Part shown: piece after piece, positions 1-8,628 of the stretch
Layout: every line of letters begins with the position of its first letter
How positions within the stretch are numbered: position 1 is the stretch's first letter
Source of the DNA: Bacteroidales bacterium
GTDB taxonomy: Bacteria; Bacteroidota; Bacteroidia; Bacteroidales; P3
NCBI GenBank assembly: GCA_017480785.1
Contig: JAFURZ010000005.1
Coordinates: 16,259 to 80,258 of the forward strand
Direction of reading: 5' to 3'
DNA length: 64,000 nucleotides
Made by a program: the position numbers and the translations under genes
Notes under the pieces: model-generated
What the model was told of the DNA's origin: nothing
Seen by the model: the letters and a program-made list of their open reading frames with translations, nothing else
The model's database searches: none

Positions 1-1089
1 CAGCGCCAGCAGGTCGTTGGCACGGTTGTCGGGCAGTTGCGTACCCATGCCGCTCACGCGGCTGTTGCTCGGGTTGGCCTCACCCAGGTCGGTCAAGGCC
101 AGAATGTTGCGGTTCTGCGTGACGGCGGCTCCCACATTGGTGCGCCACACCTCGATGCGCAGGATGCGTATGTTCGAGTTGACCACCGGCAGGGTACTCA
201 TGGCTCGGTTGTAGTTGTCATAGAAATACTGCGAGATGAAGTAGTGCCGGTTCTCCTCATATTCGTCGGCCCTGATTTCAAACTCGTGGCTGCTGGCACC
301 TCCCTGCACCTGCATATTCTCGGTCGAGGTCTCTTTCTGCGACAGCACGGCATCGACCGTCAGCTTGCCGAACTTCAGCTTGGTGTGGAAGCCGAACAGC
401 TGCTGGCTGCCCTTGATGAGGGTGGTCTGCAGGGGGAAGGAGATGTCGGCCGCCTCGAAGAGCTGCAGGATGTCGTCCTCCTTGCCCTCGTACTTGAGCT
501 TGTACTGGTTCTCGAAGTCGAAGGTGGCCTTGGTGTTCTCGTTGATGTTGAAATCGATGAGGTCGCCTATCTTGGCATTGAGGTTAATCTGTATGTTCTC
601 GTCGAAGTCGAAGGTGGTCACGCTGCGCTCGTGCTGGTCGCGCTGGGGGTCCTTGCGGTAGTTGTTCACAATCTGGAACGTCAGGTCGGCGCTACCGCTC
701 GGGTCGATGCTGATGAGGGGCTTGCCGTCGAGCATGTCGAGCTTCTGGCTTATCTGGTTGAAGCCCGGTATCTTGCTCAGCAGGCCTCCTTCGGCATTGT
801 CAAGCACCGAGCCCTCCTGCTTCTCGTTCCAGTACTTGTTCAGCAGCTGGTCCATCTGCCAGTCCTGGTATTCCTCGAAGGTCATGTAGTCGCGGCCGAT
901 AATCATGTCGCCCACCTTGGTGATACGCACATAGTCGCCCGTGGCGGGATTGTACTCCACCGTCGTGGTGATGCCCGCCGGCGTGTAGCCCGACCCCATG
1001 GGGGTATAGGCTCCGCTGTCGGTCTGCGCCCACGCGAAGCCGCACACCGCCAGCAGCACTATCAGCACTATTATCGATTTACCCTTCAA
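1..1089 (-). CDS. sprA: T9SS translocon SprA, N-terminal part (gene continues past window start)
   Basis: Reverse-strand reading from TTG at 1089 (in-frame stop just upstream) gives signal peptide LKGKSIIVLIVLLAVCGFAWAQT, then DSGAYTPMGSGYTPAGITTTVEYNPATGDYVRITKVGDMIIGRDYMTFEEYQDW. It stays open to position 1 and resembles the SprA N-terminus. sprA just downstream of ruvA is a known Bacteroidota synteny. ORF 37..1155(+) is its antisense shadow. Confidence 0.75.
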   Translation of the reverse strand, partial: MKGKSIIVLIVLLAVCGFAWAQTDSGAYTPMGSGYTPAGITTTVEYNPATGDYVRITKVGDMIIGRDYMTFEEYQDWQMDQLLNKYWNEKQEGSVLDNAEGGLLSKIPGFNQISQKLDMLDGKPLISIDPSGSADLTFQIVNNYRKDPQRDQHERSVTTFDFDENIQINLNAKIGDLIDFNINENTKATFDFENQYKLKYEGKEDDILQLFEAADISFPLQTTLIKGSQQLFGFHTKLKFGKLTVDAVLSQKETSTENMQVQGGASSHEFEIRADEYEENRHYFISQYFYDNYNRAMSTLPVVNSNIRILRIEVWRTNVGAAVTQNRNILALTDLGEANPSNSRVSGMGTQLPDNRANDLLAL

Positions 1090-1207
1090 TACACTCTACA
1101 AGTTAACCTATCAAAAACGAAGATGCGGAATATTTATTGTATTCCGCATGCATAAATAATATAAAAAAAACTCTTTCCCGCCCCTCTTTTTCCCTGCAGT
1201 TCTCCTA

Positions 1208-1246
1208 CTGTTCTTTTACTGTTCTTTTAGTTTTGTAAAAGAACAG
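1208..1246. repeat. CTGTTCTTTTA 11-nt tandem units forming a hairpin
   Basis: ctgttcttttactgttcttttag-tttt-gtaaaagaacag. Same family as 37943-37970 and 62378-62436. Confidence 0.8.
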
Positions 1247-1285
1247 GGGTCAACTACATGAAAACCAGCACTGGAAAACAGACGT

Positions 1286-1882
1286 CTACAGGCGCTGCAG
1301 GCCCACCTTGATGATGTCCTCGACGGTCATGGGACTTCCGTCGGGGTTCTTCCAGTCGCCCGACATCAGCAGTTTCTCGACAGCGGCCTTGGCAAATCCC
1401 AGCATCACGAGGGCCGTCATGGCCTCGTCGCGCGCCTGGTTGGACTGGTTGTTCGCCAGCGGCATCTGCCCGCCGACGGCACCCATCTTGTCGGCCAACT
1501 CGAGCACGATGCGCTGGGCTGTCTTGGCTCCGATGCCTTTCACGCGCTGCACCTTCTTGACGTCCTGCATCCGTATGGCCTCGCGCAGTTCGTCGACCGT
1601 GAGCGACGACAGCATCATGCGGGCCGTCTGGTTGCCCACGCCGTTGACTTCAATCAGGATGCGGAACATCTCGCGCTCGGCCATGTCGTAGAAGCCGAAG
1701 AGCTGATGTGCGTCCTCGCGCACCACAAGGTGGGCATAGAGTTTCACGCTCTGGGCATCGGCGCGCCGCAGCGCCTCATAGGTGTTCAGCGTGATTTCGA
1801 GCAGATAGCCCACGCCGCCGCAGTCGACGACCGCCTGCGTGGGTTCCAGATTGGCCAAACGGCCGCAAAAATATTCAAACAT
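1286..1882 (-). CDS. ruvA: Holliday junction branch migration complex subunit RuvA
   Basis: 198-aa ORF starting MFEYFCGRLANLEPTQAVVDCGGVGYLLEITLNTYEAL. HhH motifs VNGVGNQTARMMLS and VKGIGAKTAQRIVLEL. Confidence 0.95.
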   Translation of the reverse strand: MFEYFCGRLANLEPTQAVVDCGGVGYLLEITLNTYEALRRADAQSVKLYAHLVVREDAHQLFGFYDMAEREMFRILIEVNGVGNQTARMMLSSLTVDELREAIRMQDVKKVQRVKGIGAKTAQRIVLELADKMGAVGGQMPLANNQSNQARDEAMTALVMLGFAKAAVEKLLMSGDWKNPDGSPMTVEDIIKVGLQRL

Positions 1883-1888
1883 ACTATT

Positions 1889-3181
1889 TTAATTATCAAA
1901 AATATATCCAATCCCTTGAGCCGGCGACCCGTCCTGCAGGTGGTAGTCGTCCTCCTCGACGTCGACAAACTGCGGATCCTCGTCCCAGTCGCCGCCCTTC
2001 ACGAGGCAATGGGTGAAACTGTAGTTGAGCTGGCAGGCGTCGATGCCGCTGGCAATCACCTCGGAGGGCGAGTAGTTGCCATAGATGATGCAGTCGGTGA
2101 AGTCGGCCCGCGTGAGGTCACCCTGCTGCATGACGCTGCCGTCGGCGGCCAGCAGGTAGTTGGTCAGCACCACGCTCTCGATGCTGCGCGACGAGTAGCG
2201 CCAGTAGTCGGCGAAGGTGCAGCCCGTGAAGTCGTAGCTGCCGCCCCGCAGCACGGTGAGGCAGGTCAGGCAGTCGTAGACCAGCAGGTTGCTGCCGCTG
2301 ATGGTGCCGCCCTGCCCTATCAGGGCACAGTCGCTCATGTTACGTATAATAGTGTTGCTCACCGTCAGGCCGGCCCCGGGGTAGACGCGCAGCCCTCCGG
2401 TGCCGTTCTCCACGATGGCGTGGTCTATCGCATTGCCCGTGCTGCCGCTGGTGAACCAGAGGCACTGCCACTGCCCCGGCAGGAACGAGTACCACCCGTC
2501 GTGGCGCAACGAGGTGAAGAGCACCGGCTGTCCGGCCGTGCCCACCGCCACCAGGCTGGCGTTGCTGTCGACGGCCAGGATGGCGTCGTTGTAGAAGTAG
2601 AGCTCGTCGCCGGCCTGCAGGGTGAGGGTGCTGCCGTCGAGCACGGCGGCGGTGCCGAGGATGATGTGGGGCCTCGTGTGGTCCCAGTTGGCACAGTCGA
2701 CCACGCTGTAGGGGGCACCCGCCGGCACCGTGTGGTACACGGCGTTGCGGCCCCAGGCCGTCAGCGGAAGCCGCTGGCCGTTGCTGAAACGGATGGCGTC
2801 CTCCACCAGGAAGGGCGAGGTCTGGTCGTTGGGGTCGATATTGGCCTGGACGAAGATGAAGATGCTGTCGCCCGAGAGCAGTTCCACGTCGCGTGCCACA
2901 AGCGACGTGTCGCCGTCCACATTGAGGCGGAAGCGGCTGGCCCGCCCGCCCTCGAGGGTGACGCTGCTGAGCACCACGTCATGGCCCGTGGCGTTGTACA
3001 CCACCACCTGACGGGTGGTGCTGCCCACGGTGGTGAAGAGGGTGTCGAAGGCCAGCGTGTCGACCGAGAAGGCCAGCGGCACCTCGCGCTCGTCGGCATA
3101 GCCACCCTCGATGCACGACACCGACAGCCAGGGCATCACCGCCAAGACGAGGATATATAACAGTTTCTTCATCGCCGGCAT
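1889..3181 (-). CDS. Putative lipoprotein with parallel beta-helix-like repeats
   Basis: 430-aa ORF with a signal peptide and lipobox (MPWLSVSC). Repeated beta-helix-like segments (NAIDHAIVENGTGGLRV, SNTIIRNMSDCALIG, TGCTFADYW). Stop is 6 nt before the ruvA start. Confidence 0.7.
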   Translation of the reverse strand: MPAMKKLLYILVLAVMPWLSVSCIEGGYADEREVPLAFSVDTLAFDTLFTTVGSTTRQVVVYNATGHDVVLSSVTLEGGRASRFRLNVDGDTSLVARDVELLSGDSIFIFVQANIDPNDQTSPFLVEDAIRFSNGQRLPLTAWGRNAVYHTVPAGAPYSVVDCANWDHTRPHIILGTAAVLDGSTLTLQAGDELYFYNDAILAVDSNASLVAVGTAGQPVLFTSLRHDGWYSFLPGQWQCLWFTSGSTGNAIDHAIVENGTGGLRVYPGAGLTVSNTIIRNMSDCALIGQGGTISGSNLLVYDCLTCLTVLRGGSYDFTGCTFADYWRYSSRSIESVVLTNYLLAADGSVMQQGDLTRADFTDCIIYGNYSPSEVIASGIDACQLNYSFTHCLVKGGDWDEDPQFVDVEEDDYHLQDGSPAQGIGYIFDN

Positions 3182-3191
3182 CGTCCCCCCC

Positions 3192-4421
3192 TTACTTTGT
3201 GTACAATCCTATTATCTTCTCCAGCCGCTCGCGGCACACAGGGCAGAAGGGGGCGTAGTCGCGCATCATGCAGTGCATCGTCGGCCGGTAGACGCCCGTC
3301 GACGAGTAGCCGGCCCCTTCGTAGACACCCAGCGGGCCGCACTCCGTACGGGGCACCTTGTGGTTGTCGGGTGTCGGCACGGGGGTCTTCTTCCTGAGCA
3401 TGTGCTTCCACTTGCGGCCGAAGTCGACCAGGTTGGTGATGTTGGGCTCCAGCGGCTCGTACCGTGTCCGGTGCAGGTCGGCATAGCTGAGGTCCTCGTC
3501 GACATACTCGTCGGCCAGCCCTCCGATGCCGTGGCCCAGCTCGTGCGTCAGCACCATCTCGGCCATCGAGTGCAGCGAGCTGACGGAGTAGAAGTTGTAG
3601 ATGGCGCCGCCGCCGTACTTGGCGTTGTTGAGCACGATGATGACATGGTCGGCCGGAGTGCCGGCAAGCACGTCGTGCAGCTGGAACAGGCGGAAGGTCA
3701 TGGCATAGCGGTCGGACCCCAACGCGTTGTAGTCCACGCCCGCATGGCCGCGGATGAAATAGATGTTGAAATCCTCGCGGTGGCTGTGGAACGGCTCGTT
3801 CCTGAAGAAGCCCTCGACCATGCGGCGGCAGACACTGTTGTAGTAGGCCGTGTCGTCGTCGAAGCCCTGCATGACGAAGGCCAGGTCGAACTTGACGCCG
3901 GGGGCGCCATGTATCTCGTACGCTTCGGCCTCGTTCGTAACAATGAACGGGGAAAGCCGGGTCTCCCCGGGATTAAAGGTCACCACCGTCTGGTCATAGA
4001 GCCGCATCGCCTTGTCGCGCTTCTGCAAGGCAATCGTCACCTTCCCCCTCGGCATCGGCAGCAGCAGCACCTCCTCGAAGCGGGCCTTCACGGTCTTGCC
4101 CTCGGGCGTGTCCTTGTACTCGCGGAAGAGGTTGCTGTAGCCACGCGAGTAGAGCTCGCGACCCGTGGCGGCATCGCGCATCACCACGCGGTAGTCGCCG
4201 TTGTCGAAGGGGTCGAGCAACTGCGTGCGCGAGCCGTACCATTCCCCGGGACGGCCTACCCAGCGCTCCACCCACACCGTGTCCCCCTGCGCCGACCCTT
4301 CGCGCAGACAGTCCATGCGCAGCGTGCCGCCGGTGAACCAGCGGTCGAACTCCACCTCCTGCCCCCGTGCCGGAAGCACGGCGGACAGCAACAATATCGC
4401 GACTGCAATAATCCTTTTCAT
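3192..4421 (-). CDS. Peptidase M64 (IgA-peptidase-like) family zinc metalloprotease
   Basis: 409-aa ORF with signal peptide MKRIIAVAILLLSAVLPARGQ and zinc motif THELGHGIGGLADEY. Overall layout matches the M64 family. Confidence 0.85.
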   Translation of the reverse strand: MKRIIAVAILLLSAVLPARGQEVEFDRWFTGGTLRMDCLREGSAQGDTVWVERWVGRPGEWYGSRTQLLDPFDNGDYRVVMRDAATGRELYSRGYSNLFREYKDTPEGKTVKARFEEVLLLPMPRGKVTIALQKRDKAMRLYDQTVVTFNPGETRLSPFIVTNEAEAYEIHGAPGVKFDLAFVMQGFDDDTAYYNSVCRRMVEGFFRNEPFHSHREDFNIYFIRGHAGVDYNALGSDRYAMTFRLFQLHDVLAGTPADHVIIVLNNAKYGGGAIYNFYSVSSLHSMAEMVLTHELGHGIGGLADEYVDEDLSYADLHRTRYEPLEPNITNLVDFGRKWKHMLRKKTPVPTPDNHKVPRTECGPLGVYEGAGYSSTGVYRPTMHCMMRDYAPFCPVCRERLEKIIGLYTK

Positions 4422-4514
4422 GCCCTAGTAACGCAAAAAAACGCCGCTTATTATGCCGCGGGCAACGTTTTTTGCATCCCGACGCAAGTCCCTCTTTTTC
4501 CCTGCTTTTTCATT

Positions 4515-4566
4515 GCAGTTCGACTTGAGTTCGACTCGAAAACAAGTCGAACTCAAGTCGAACTGC
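4515..4566. repeat. 22-bp perfect-stem palindrome with 11-nt periodic arms
   Basis: gcagttcgacttgagttcgact-cgaaaaca-agtcgaactcaagtcgaactgc. Lies in a divergent intergenic region. Sister copy at 17976-18019. Confidence 0.85.
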
Positions 4567-4660
4567 CGATAAGTGTTTGAAAAACAATACTGTTTTTATT
4601 AGTGTTATACATATTGGCTTTTTTTTGTACCTTTGCACTTTCATTTTTTTGGACGAGTAT

Positions 4661-5281
4661 ATGCTTATCAAGCTCTACAACGACAACCCTAACGTGCGCG
4701 AAGTGAGACGTATAGCCGATGCCCTGCGCGACGGCGAGGTGGTCATCCTGCCCACCGACACGCTCTATGCCTTCGCCTGCTCGATGGAGCACAAGCGCGC
4801 CGTCGAGGAGATTGCACAACTCAAGGGGTTCAAAATCAAACAGGCCAAGTACTCGATGCTATGCTCCGACCTGAGCATGGCCTCGGAGTATGTGCGCGCC
4901 ATGAACCGCGACACCTTCGCGCTGCTCAAGCGGTCGCTGCCGGGACCCTTCACCTTCATCATGGAGGCCTCGGGGGCCGTGCCGCGCAACTACCAGAACC
5001 AGAACCACACCATCGGCATCCGCGTGCCGGAGAGCAACATCGCCCGCGCCCTCATCGAGGAGCTGGGCTCGCCGCTCATCGGCACCTCGGTGCGGCCCAT
5101 CGGCGAGGAAGACGGCGAGGTGGAGAACTACACCGACCCCGACCTCATCCACGACCGCTTCGGCCACCGCGTGTGGGCCGTGGTCGACGGCGGCATTGCC
5201 GACCCCGAGCCCTCGACCATCGTCGACTGCTCCGACGGCATCGAACTCGTCCGCCAAGGCAAAGGACAGATTGAGATATAA
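4661..5281 (+). CDS. L-threonylcarbamoyladenylate synthase (YrdC/Sua5/TsaC family)
   Basis: ORF 4577..5281 trimmed to ATG 4661 (MLIKLYNDNPNVREV), downstream of TAccTTTG at 4628-4635. Motifs VILPTDTLYAFAC and IGIRVPESNIARALIEELGSPLIGTS. Confidence 0.85.
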   Translation: MLIKLYNDNPNVREVRRIADALRDGEVVILPTDTLYAFACSMEHKRAVEEIAQLKGFKIKQAKYSMLCSDLSMASEYVRAMNRDTFALLKRSLPGPFTFIMEASGAVPRNYQNQNHTIGIRVPESNIARALIEELGSPLIGTSVRPIGEEDGEVENYTDPDLIHDRFGHRVWAVVDGGIADPEPSTIVDCSDGIELVRQGKGQIEI

Positions 5282-5325
5282 ACGCCCAGCCCCTGCGGGC
5301 TGTAATCCAGAAATCCAAACAAACA

Positions 5326-6243
5326 ATGAAACAGATACAGAAAGCCGCCGAGCTTCAAGCGGCAGTAAGTGAAGCCAAAGCCAAGGGCCTGCAGATAGGC
5401 CTTGTGCCCACCATGGGCGCCCTGCACGAGGGCCACCTCTCGCTCATCGAGCGCGCCCTGAAGGAGAACGACCTCGTCGTGGTCTCCCTCTTCGTCAACC
5501 CCATCCAGTTCAACAACAGGGAGGACCTGGAGAAGTATCCCCGCACCATCGAGGCCGACCTGGAGCTAATCGAAGGGCTCATAGCTCACGCCGATTGCCG
5601 TGCCAAGGAGCTGTTGGCGTTCACGCCGACAGTCGACGAGATGTACCCCGACGGGGAGCCGACGGAGATTGTCTACCACTTCGGGCCCGTCGAGGAGGTG
5701 ATGGAAGGGCCGCGGCGTCCGGGCCACTTCAACGGGGTGGCCGTCGTGGTGCGCCGCCTGTTCGACCTCAGCCAGCCCACCCGCGCCTACTTCGGCGAGA
5801 AGGACTACCAGCAGATTGCCGTCATCCGCGCCCTGCTAGAGCAGATGCTACCCACTACCCACTACCCACTACCCACTCTCGTTCCCTGCCCCATCGTGCG
5901 TGCCGACGACGGCCTGGCCCTGAGCAGCCGCAACAAGCGCCTCACCCCCGCCGCCCGCCAGATGGCCCCCGCCATCAACGCCACCCTCGAGCAGGCCGCC
6001 GAGATGGCCGAGTACGAGGAGGTGGACGACGTCAAGGAGTGGGTGCTCGACACGCTGGCGTCGTGGCACGAGGTGAATGAGTGCGGCGAGGGCCTGAGGT
6101 TCGAGCCTGAATACTTCGAGATTGTCGACGCCATCACCCTCCAGCCCATCGCCGACTGGACGGATGCCGACGAGCACGGCGCAGTGGGCTGCATCGCCGT
6201 ATGGCTCGACGGCGTCCGCCTGATCGACATAGTTAAGTTTTAA
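5326..6243 (+). CDS. panC: Pantoate--beta-alanine ligase
   Basis: 305-aa ORF with PanC motifs GLVPTMGALHEGHLSLI, YFGEKDYQQ and DGLALSSRN. Carries an in-frame TACCCAC x4 array. Confidence 0.95.
   Translation: MKQIQKAAELQAAVSEAKAKGLQIGLVPTMGALHEGHLSLIERALKENDLVVVSLFVNPIQFNNREDLEKYPRTIEADLELIEGLIAHADCRAKELLAFTPTVDEMYPDGEPTEIVYHFGPVEEVMEGPRRPGHFNGVAVVVRRLFDLSQPTRAYFGEKDYQQIAVIRALLEQMLPTTHYPLPTLVPCPIVRADDGLALSSRNKRLTPAARQMAPAINATLEQAAEMAEYEEVDDVKEWVLDTLASWHEVNECGEGLRFEPEYFEIVDAITLQPIADWTDADEHGAVGCIAVWLDGVRLIDIVKF
5849..5876 (+). repeat. TACCCAC x4 heptamer array inside panC
   Basis: Four perfect 7-nt units read in frame as LPTTHYPLPT. Confidence 0.9.
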
Positions 6244-6252
6244 ACCCCACAA

Positions 6253-6423
6253 GTCCCCGCAGGGGACGACACTTCTTAGCCGTGGGCGTAAGCCCACGGG
6301 AACGTGAGAAAAAAACATTATAGAGCCCCGTAGGGGCGACACATTGACAATCTGCCTAGTGCCGCCCCCACGGGGCTCGGTCACATCACTCTTCCTTCAA
6401 CCGTGGGCTTACGCCCACGGCTA
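6253..6423. repeat. Cluster of nested GC-rich REP-like hairpins
   Basis: tagccgtgggcgtaagcccacgg (6277-6299) is inverted at 6401-6423. gagccccgtaggggc (6323-6337) is inverted at 6361-6378. gtccccgcaggggac lies at 6253-6267. Confidence 0.8.
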
Positions 6424-6476
6424 AAACTTTTCGCCCTTAACAGGGCTCTGTTTGCATTATGAGACATCCTCTCTTA

Positions 6477-7274
6477 TTATCGCAGCAGCCAGCGCAGGCC
6501 CACCTTCACGTCGCTTGAGTAGACGCCCTCGAACAAATCATAGCCGACCCGGTAGTTCCCCTGCAGGCTCAACTGCAACTCGGGTGTAGCCTGCCAGCGT
6601 GCCTCCAGCTGGACGGCGCTGTTCTCCACACCCACCCCCAGCATCAGCCGGTCGGTGAGCAACCAGCGCGCAAAGAGAGAGTAGCGGAAAGACGGGTTGC
6701 CATAATCCGCATAGTATTGGGGCAAACGATTCCAGCTATAGCCCAACGAATAGTCGAGCAACCAGTGGCGGCCGATGCGGTTACGAAACTGCAATCCCAG
6801 CAAGGGCTGCAAACACCAATAGTCGTACCCCTTTGCTTTATTGACCGACAACTCGGTGACGAAAGTCACCTGCGGCAGCACTCCGCGGCCACCAAAGAGT
6901 TCCATCCGCACACCCACCCTGGGGGAAGCCGAGGTACCCATGTAGCGTGTGGCCGAGGAATCACTATCTTTCCATATGTCGGATACGCCGTTGAGACCGA
7001 ACGTCAGCTCAGCCTTGTGTCCGATACCCCAGCGCAGGCCCCCTCCCAGACCGATGTTATGCCTAGTGAAGTGCACGTAGGGTTGGTTTTGATACCACTG
7101 GAAATTATAGTATTCCATCAGAGTGCTCCATTGCAGCTCACCCTTGCCGGGCACGTTGGGGCCGGTGGTCCTGACAAGCGTGGAGTCCTGCGTCTGGGCC
7201 ACCACGCCGCCGCAGATTGCCATGACGCTGAAACAAGCGACGGCCATAATGAAAGGTTTGACGTTCTTTTTCAT
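6477..7274 (-). CDS. Putative outer-membrane beta-barrel protein (paralog of 7780..8607)
   Basis: ORF 6477..7310 trimmed to the MKKNVKPFIMAVACFSVMAI signal peptide. Shares blocks with 7780..8607: TTGPNV-G-G-L-WS, GLRWGIG-KAELT, FVTE, RHW, LFARWL, WQAT--LQL. Family not identified. Confidence 0.6.
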   Translation of the reverse strand: MKKNVKPFIMAVACFSVMAICGGVVAQTQDSTLVRTTGPNVPGKGELQWSTLMEYYNFQWYQNQPYVHFTRHNIGLGGGLRWGIGHKAELTFGLNGVSDIWKDSDSSATRYMGTSASPRVGVRMELFGGRGVLPQVTFVTELSVNKAKGYDYWCLQPLLGLQFRNRIGRHWLLDYSLGYSWNRLPQYYADYGNPSFRYSLFARWLLTDRLMLGVGVENSAVQLEARWQATPELQLSLQGNYRVGYDLFEGVYSSDVKVGLRWLLR

Positions 7275-7290
7275 AGCCATCCAAGGGTAT

Positions 7291-7761
7291 TTATTGGTTA
7301 AGCATCGCATCGTCCACCCGGAAGGTGAGCGAGGCCCAACTCTTGAGCTCCGAGCCGCTTGGCAGACCGTCGAAGGTGTAGCGCGGCGAGTCGAAGTTGT
7401 AGGGCGAGTCGGCGCCGAGGGTGTCGCTGGCGTGGAAGGTCAGCGTGTCGGTGCCGTCGACCACAAAGCTCACACTGTCGCCCAGCAGGCCATAGCGTGC
7501 CGACGCACATATTGCACTCCGGCTGGTATGGCCCATGTCGCCCGAGAAGGGCAGCGACACTTTCCGCCCCGCCGGCACGGGATAGCTGCCGTCGAAGCCG
7601 AGGCCGCCCTCGTAGGGGTAGTAGCGCCAACCGCCACCCCAGATGAATGTCAGGTCGTGCGACGATTGGTTGTCGATGATGTACTCCTCGTTGTAGGAGG
7701 GGTCGCAGGCCGCCAGCAGCAAGGCGGCAGCGGCCATAAGCAATAGTCTGTTCGGTTTCAT
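7291..7761 (-). CDS. Hypothetical lipoprotein
   Basis: 156-aa ORF with lipoprotein signal MKPNRLLLMAAAALLLAAC. No recognisable domain. Sits between the two paralogous OMP genes. Confidence 0.6.
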   Translation of the reverse strand: MKPNRLLLMAAAALLLAACDPSYNEEYIIDNQSSHDLTFIWGGGWRYYPYEGGLGFDGSYPVPAGRKVSLPFSGDMGHTSRSAICASARYGLLGDSVSFVVDGTDTLTFHASDTLGADSPYNFDSPRYTFDGLPSGSELKSWASLTFRVDDAMLNQ

Positions 7762-7779
7762 ATCTCTTTACATTTAAGG

Positions 7780-8607
7780 TTATCTAATCATCCAATTGAA
7801 GCCCATGAGGCCGTAGACGCTGAAGGCGGAGTAGTCGGAGCCTTTGCCGCCGTCGACGCACACCTGCGCCTTCAGCTGCAGCTTGTCGGTGGCCTGCCAC
7901 ATAGCCTCGTAGCGGCTCCGCAGGCCGTCGAGGCCGGCGCTGAACATCCACCGTTCGTTGGGGAGCCAGCGGGCGAACAGGGTCAGGCGGAAGGGGCGGT
8001 CGGTCATCAAGAAGTAGGGGGCATGGCGGTTCCAGGCGTAGGCCGCCGAAGCGTCGAAGTACCAGTGGCGCGAGAAGCGGTGGCGGTACTGCAAGCCGAT
8101 GATAGGCTCGGCCAGCAGGCCCTCGTCCTCCACCATGGGGTGTCCCTGCCGTATGGGCAGGGTCACCTCGGTGACGAAGGTCAGCATATTCTTCTTACCC
8201 TCGCCGCCCAGCAGCACCACCCGGGCCCCCAGCGAGGGAACCAGGTTGAGGTGGTTGGCACCGAACGAGAGCGAGTCCATCACGCGGCCGTGGGCATGCT
8301 CGGCGCTGACGCCCAGCGTCAGCTCGGCCTTGCTGCCGATGCCCCAGCGCAGGCCGGTCTGGGCGCCGAACACGCTGTAGTTGTTGTAGTCTGCCTCATC
8401 CCACACGGAATGCAGGCGGTAGAAGCTCAGGTCGCCGCTCCACATGAGGTGGCCGGAGCCAAGCACATTGGGGCCGGTGGTGGTGACGAGGGGTGTGGAA
8501 GCCAGCGGGTCGTCCTGGGCGTGGGAGGCCACCGCCGCGCCGAAGGTCATCGCAAGGAAGAAGGCCACCACCAAAAGGTTGGATTTAGTATTGTCGTTCT
8601 TTTTCAT
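7780..8607 (-). CDS. Putative outer-membrane beta-barrel protein (paralog of 6477..7274)
   Basis: 275-aa ORF with signal peptide LLVVAFFLAMTFGAAVASHAQ. Shares conserved blocks with 6477..7274. Confidence 0.6.
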   Translation of the reverse strand: MKKNDNTKSNLLVVAFFLAMTFGAAVASHAQDDPLASTPLVTTTGPNVLGSGHLMWSGDLSFYRLHSVWDEADYNNYSVFGAQTGLRWGIGSKAELTLGVSAEHAHGRVMDSLSFGANHLNLVPSLGARVVLLGGEGKKNMLTFVTEVTLPIRQGHPMVEDEGLLAEPIIGLQYRHRFSRHWYFDASAAYAWNRHAPYFLMTDRPFRLTLFARWLPNERWMFSAGLDGLRSRYEAMWQATDKLQLKAQVCVDGGKGSDYSAFSVYGLMGFNWMIR

Positions 8608-8628
8608 ATTGGAGTTGAATTATACAGT

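Noticed and set aside
37-1155. Long ORFs on the strand opposite to recognised genes. Examples: 37..1155+, 1706..3160+, 3111..4580+, 8023..9384+, 13030..14082-, 16474..17832+, 18436..19716+, 23451..25247-, 32139..34166-, 46328..48145-, 53399..55069+, 57115..58101+, 59166..62330+, 63032..63916-.
   Set aside because: Each one mirrors a gene with clear family motifs on the other strand. Their products are Arg/Gly/Ala/His/Val-rich low-complexity sequences typical of antisense frames in GC-rich DNA, and none has a plausible promoter or signal.
4577-4660. N-terminal extensions given by the ORF track for several genes: 4577, 6477..7310, 11452, 18049..19758, 19692, 26562, 27431, 30114, 34075, 42610, 46562, 53462..55171, 55005, 59058..62369.
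   Set aside because: The extensions run through predicted promoters or upstream genes and encode no signal or conserved sequence. Internal starts give canonical N-termini or signal peptides.
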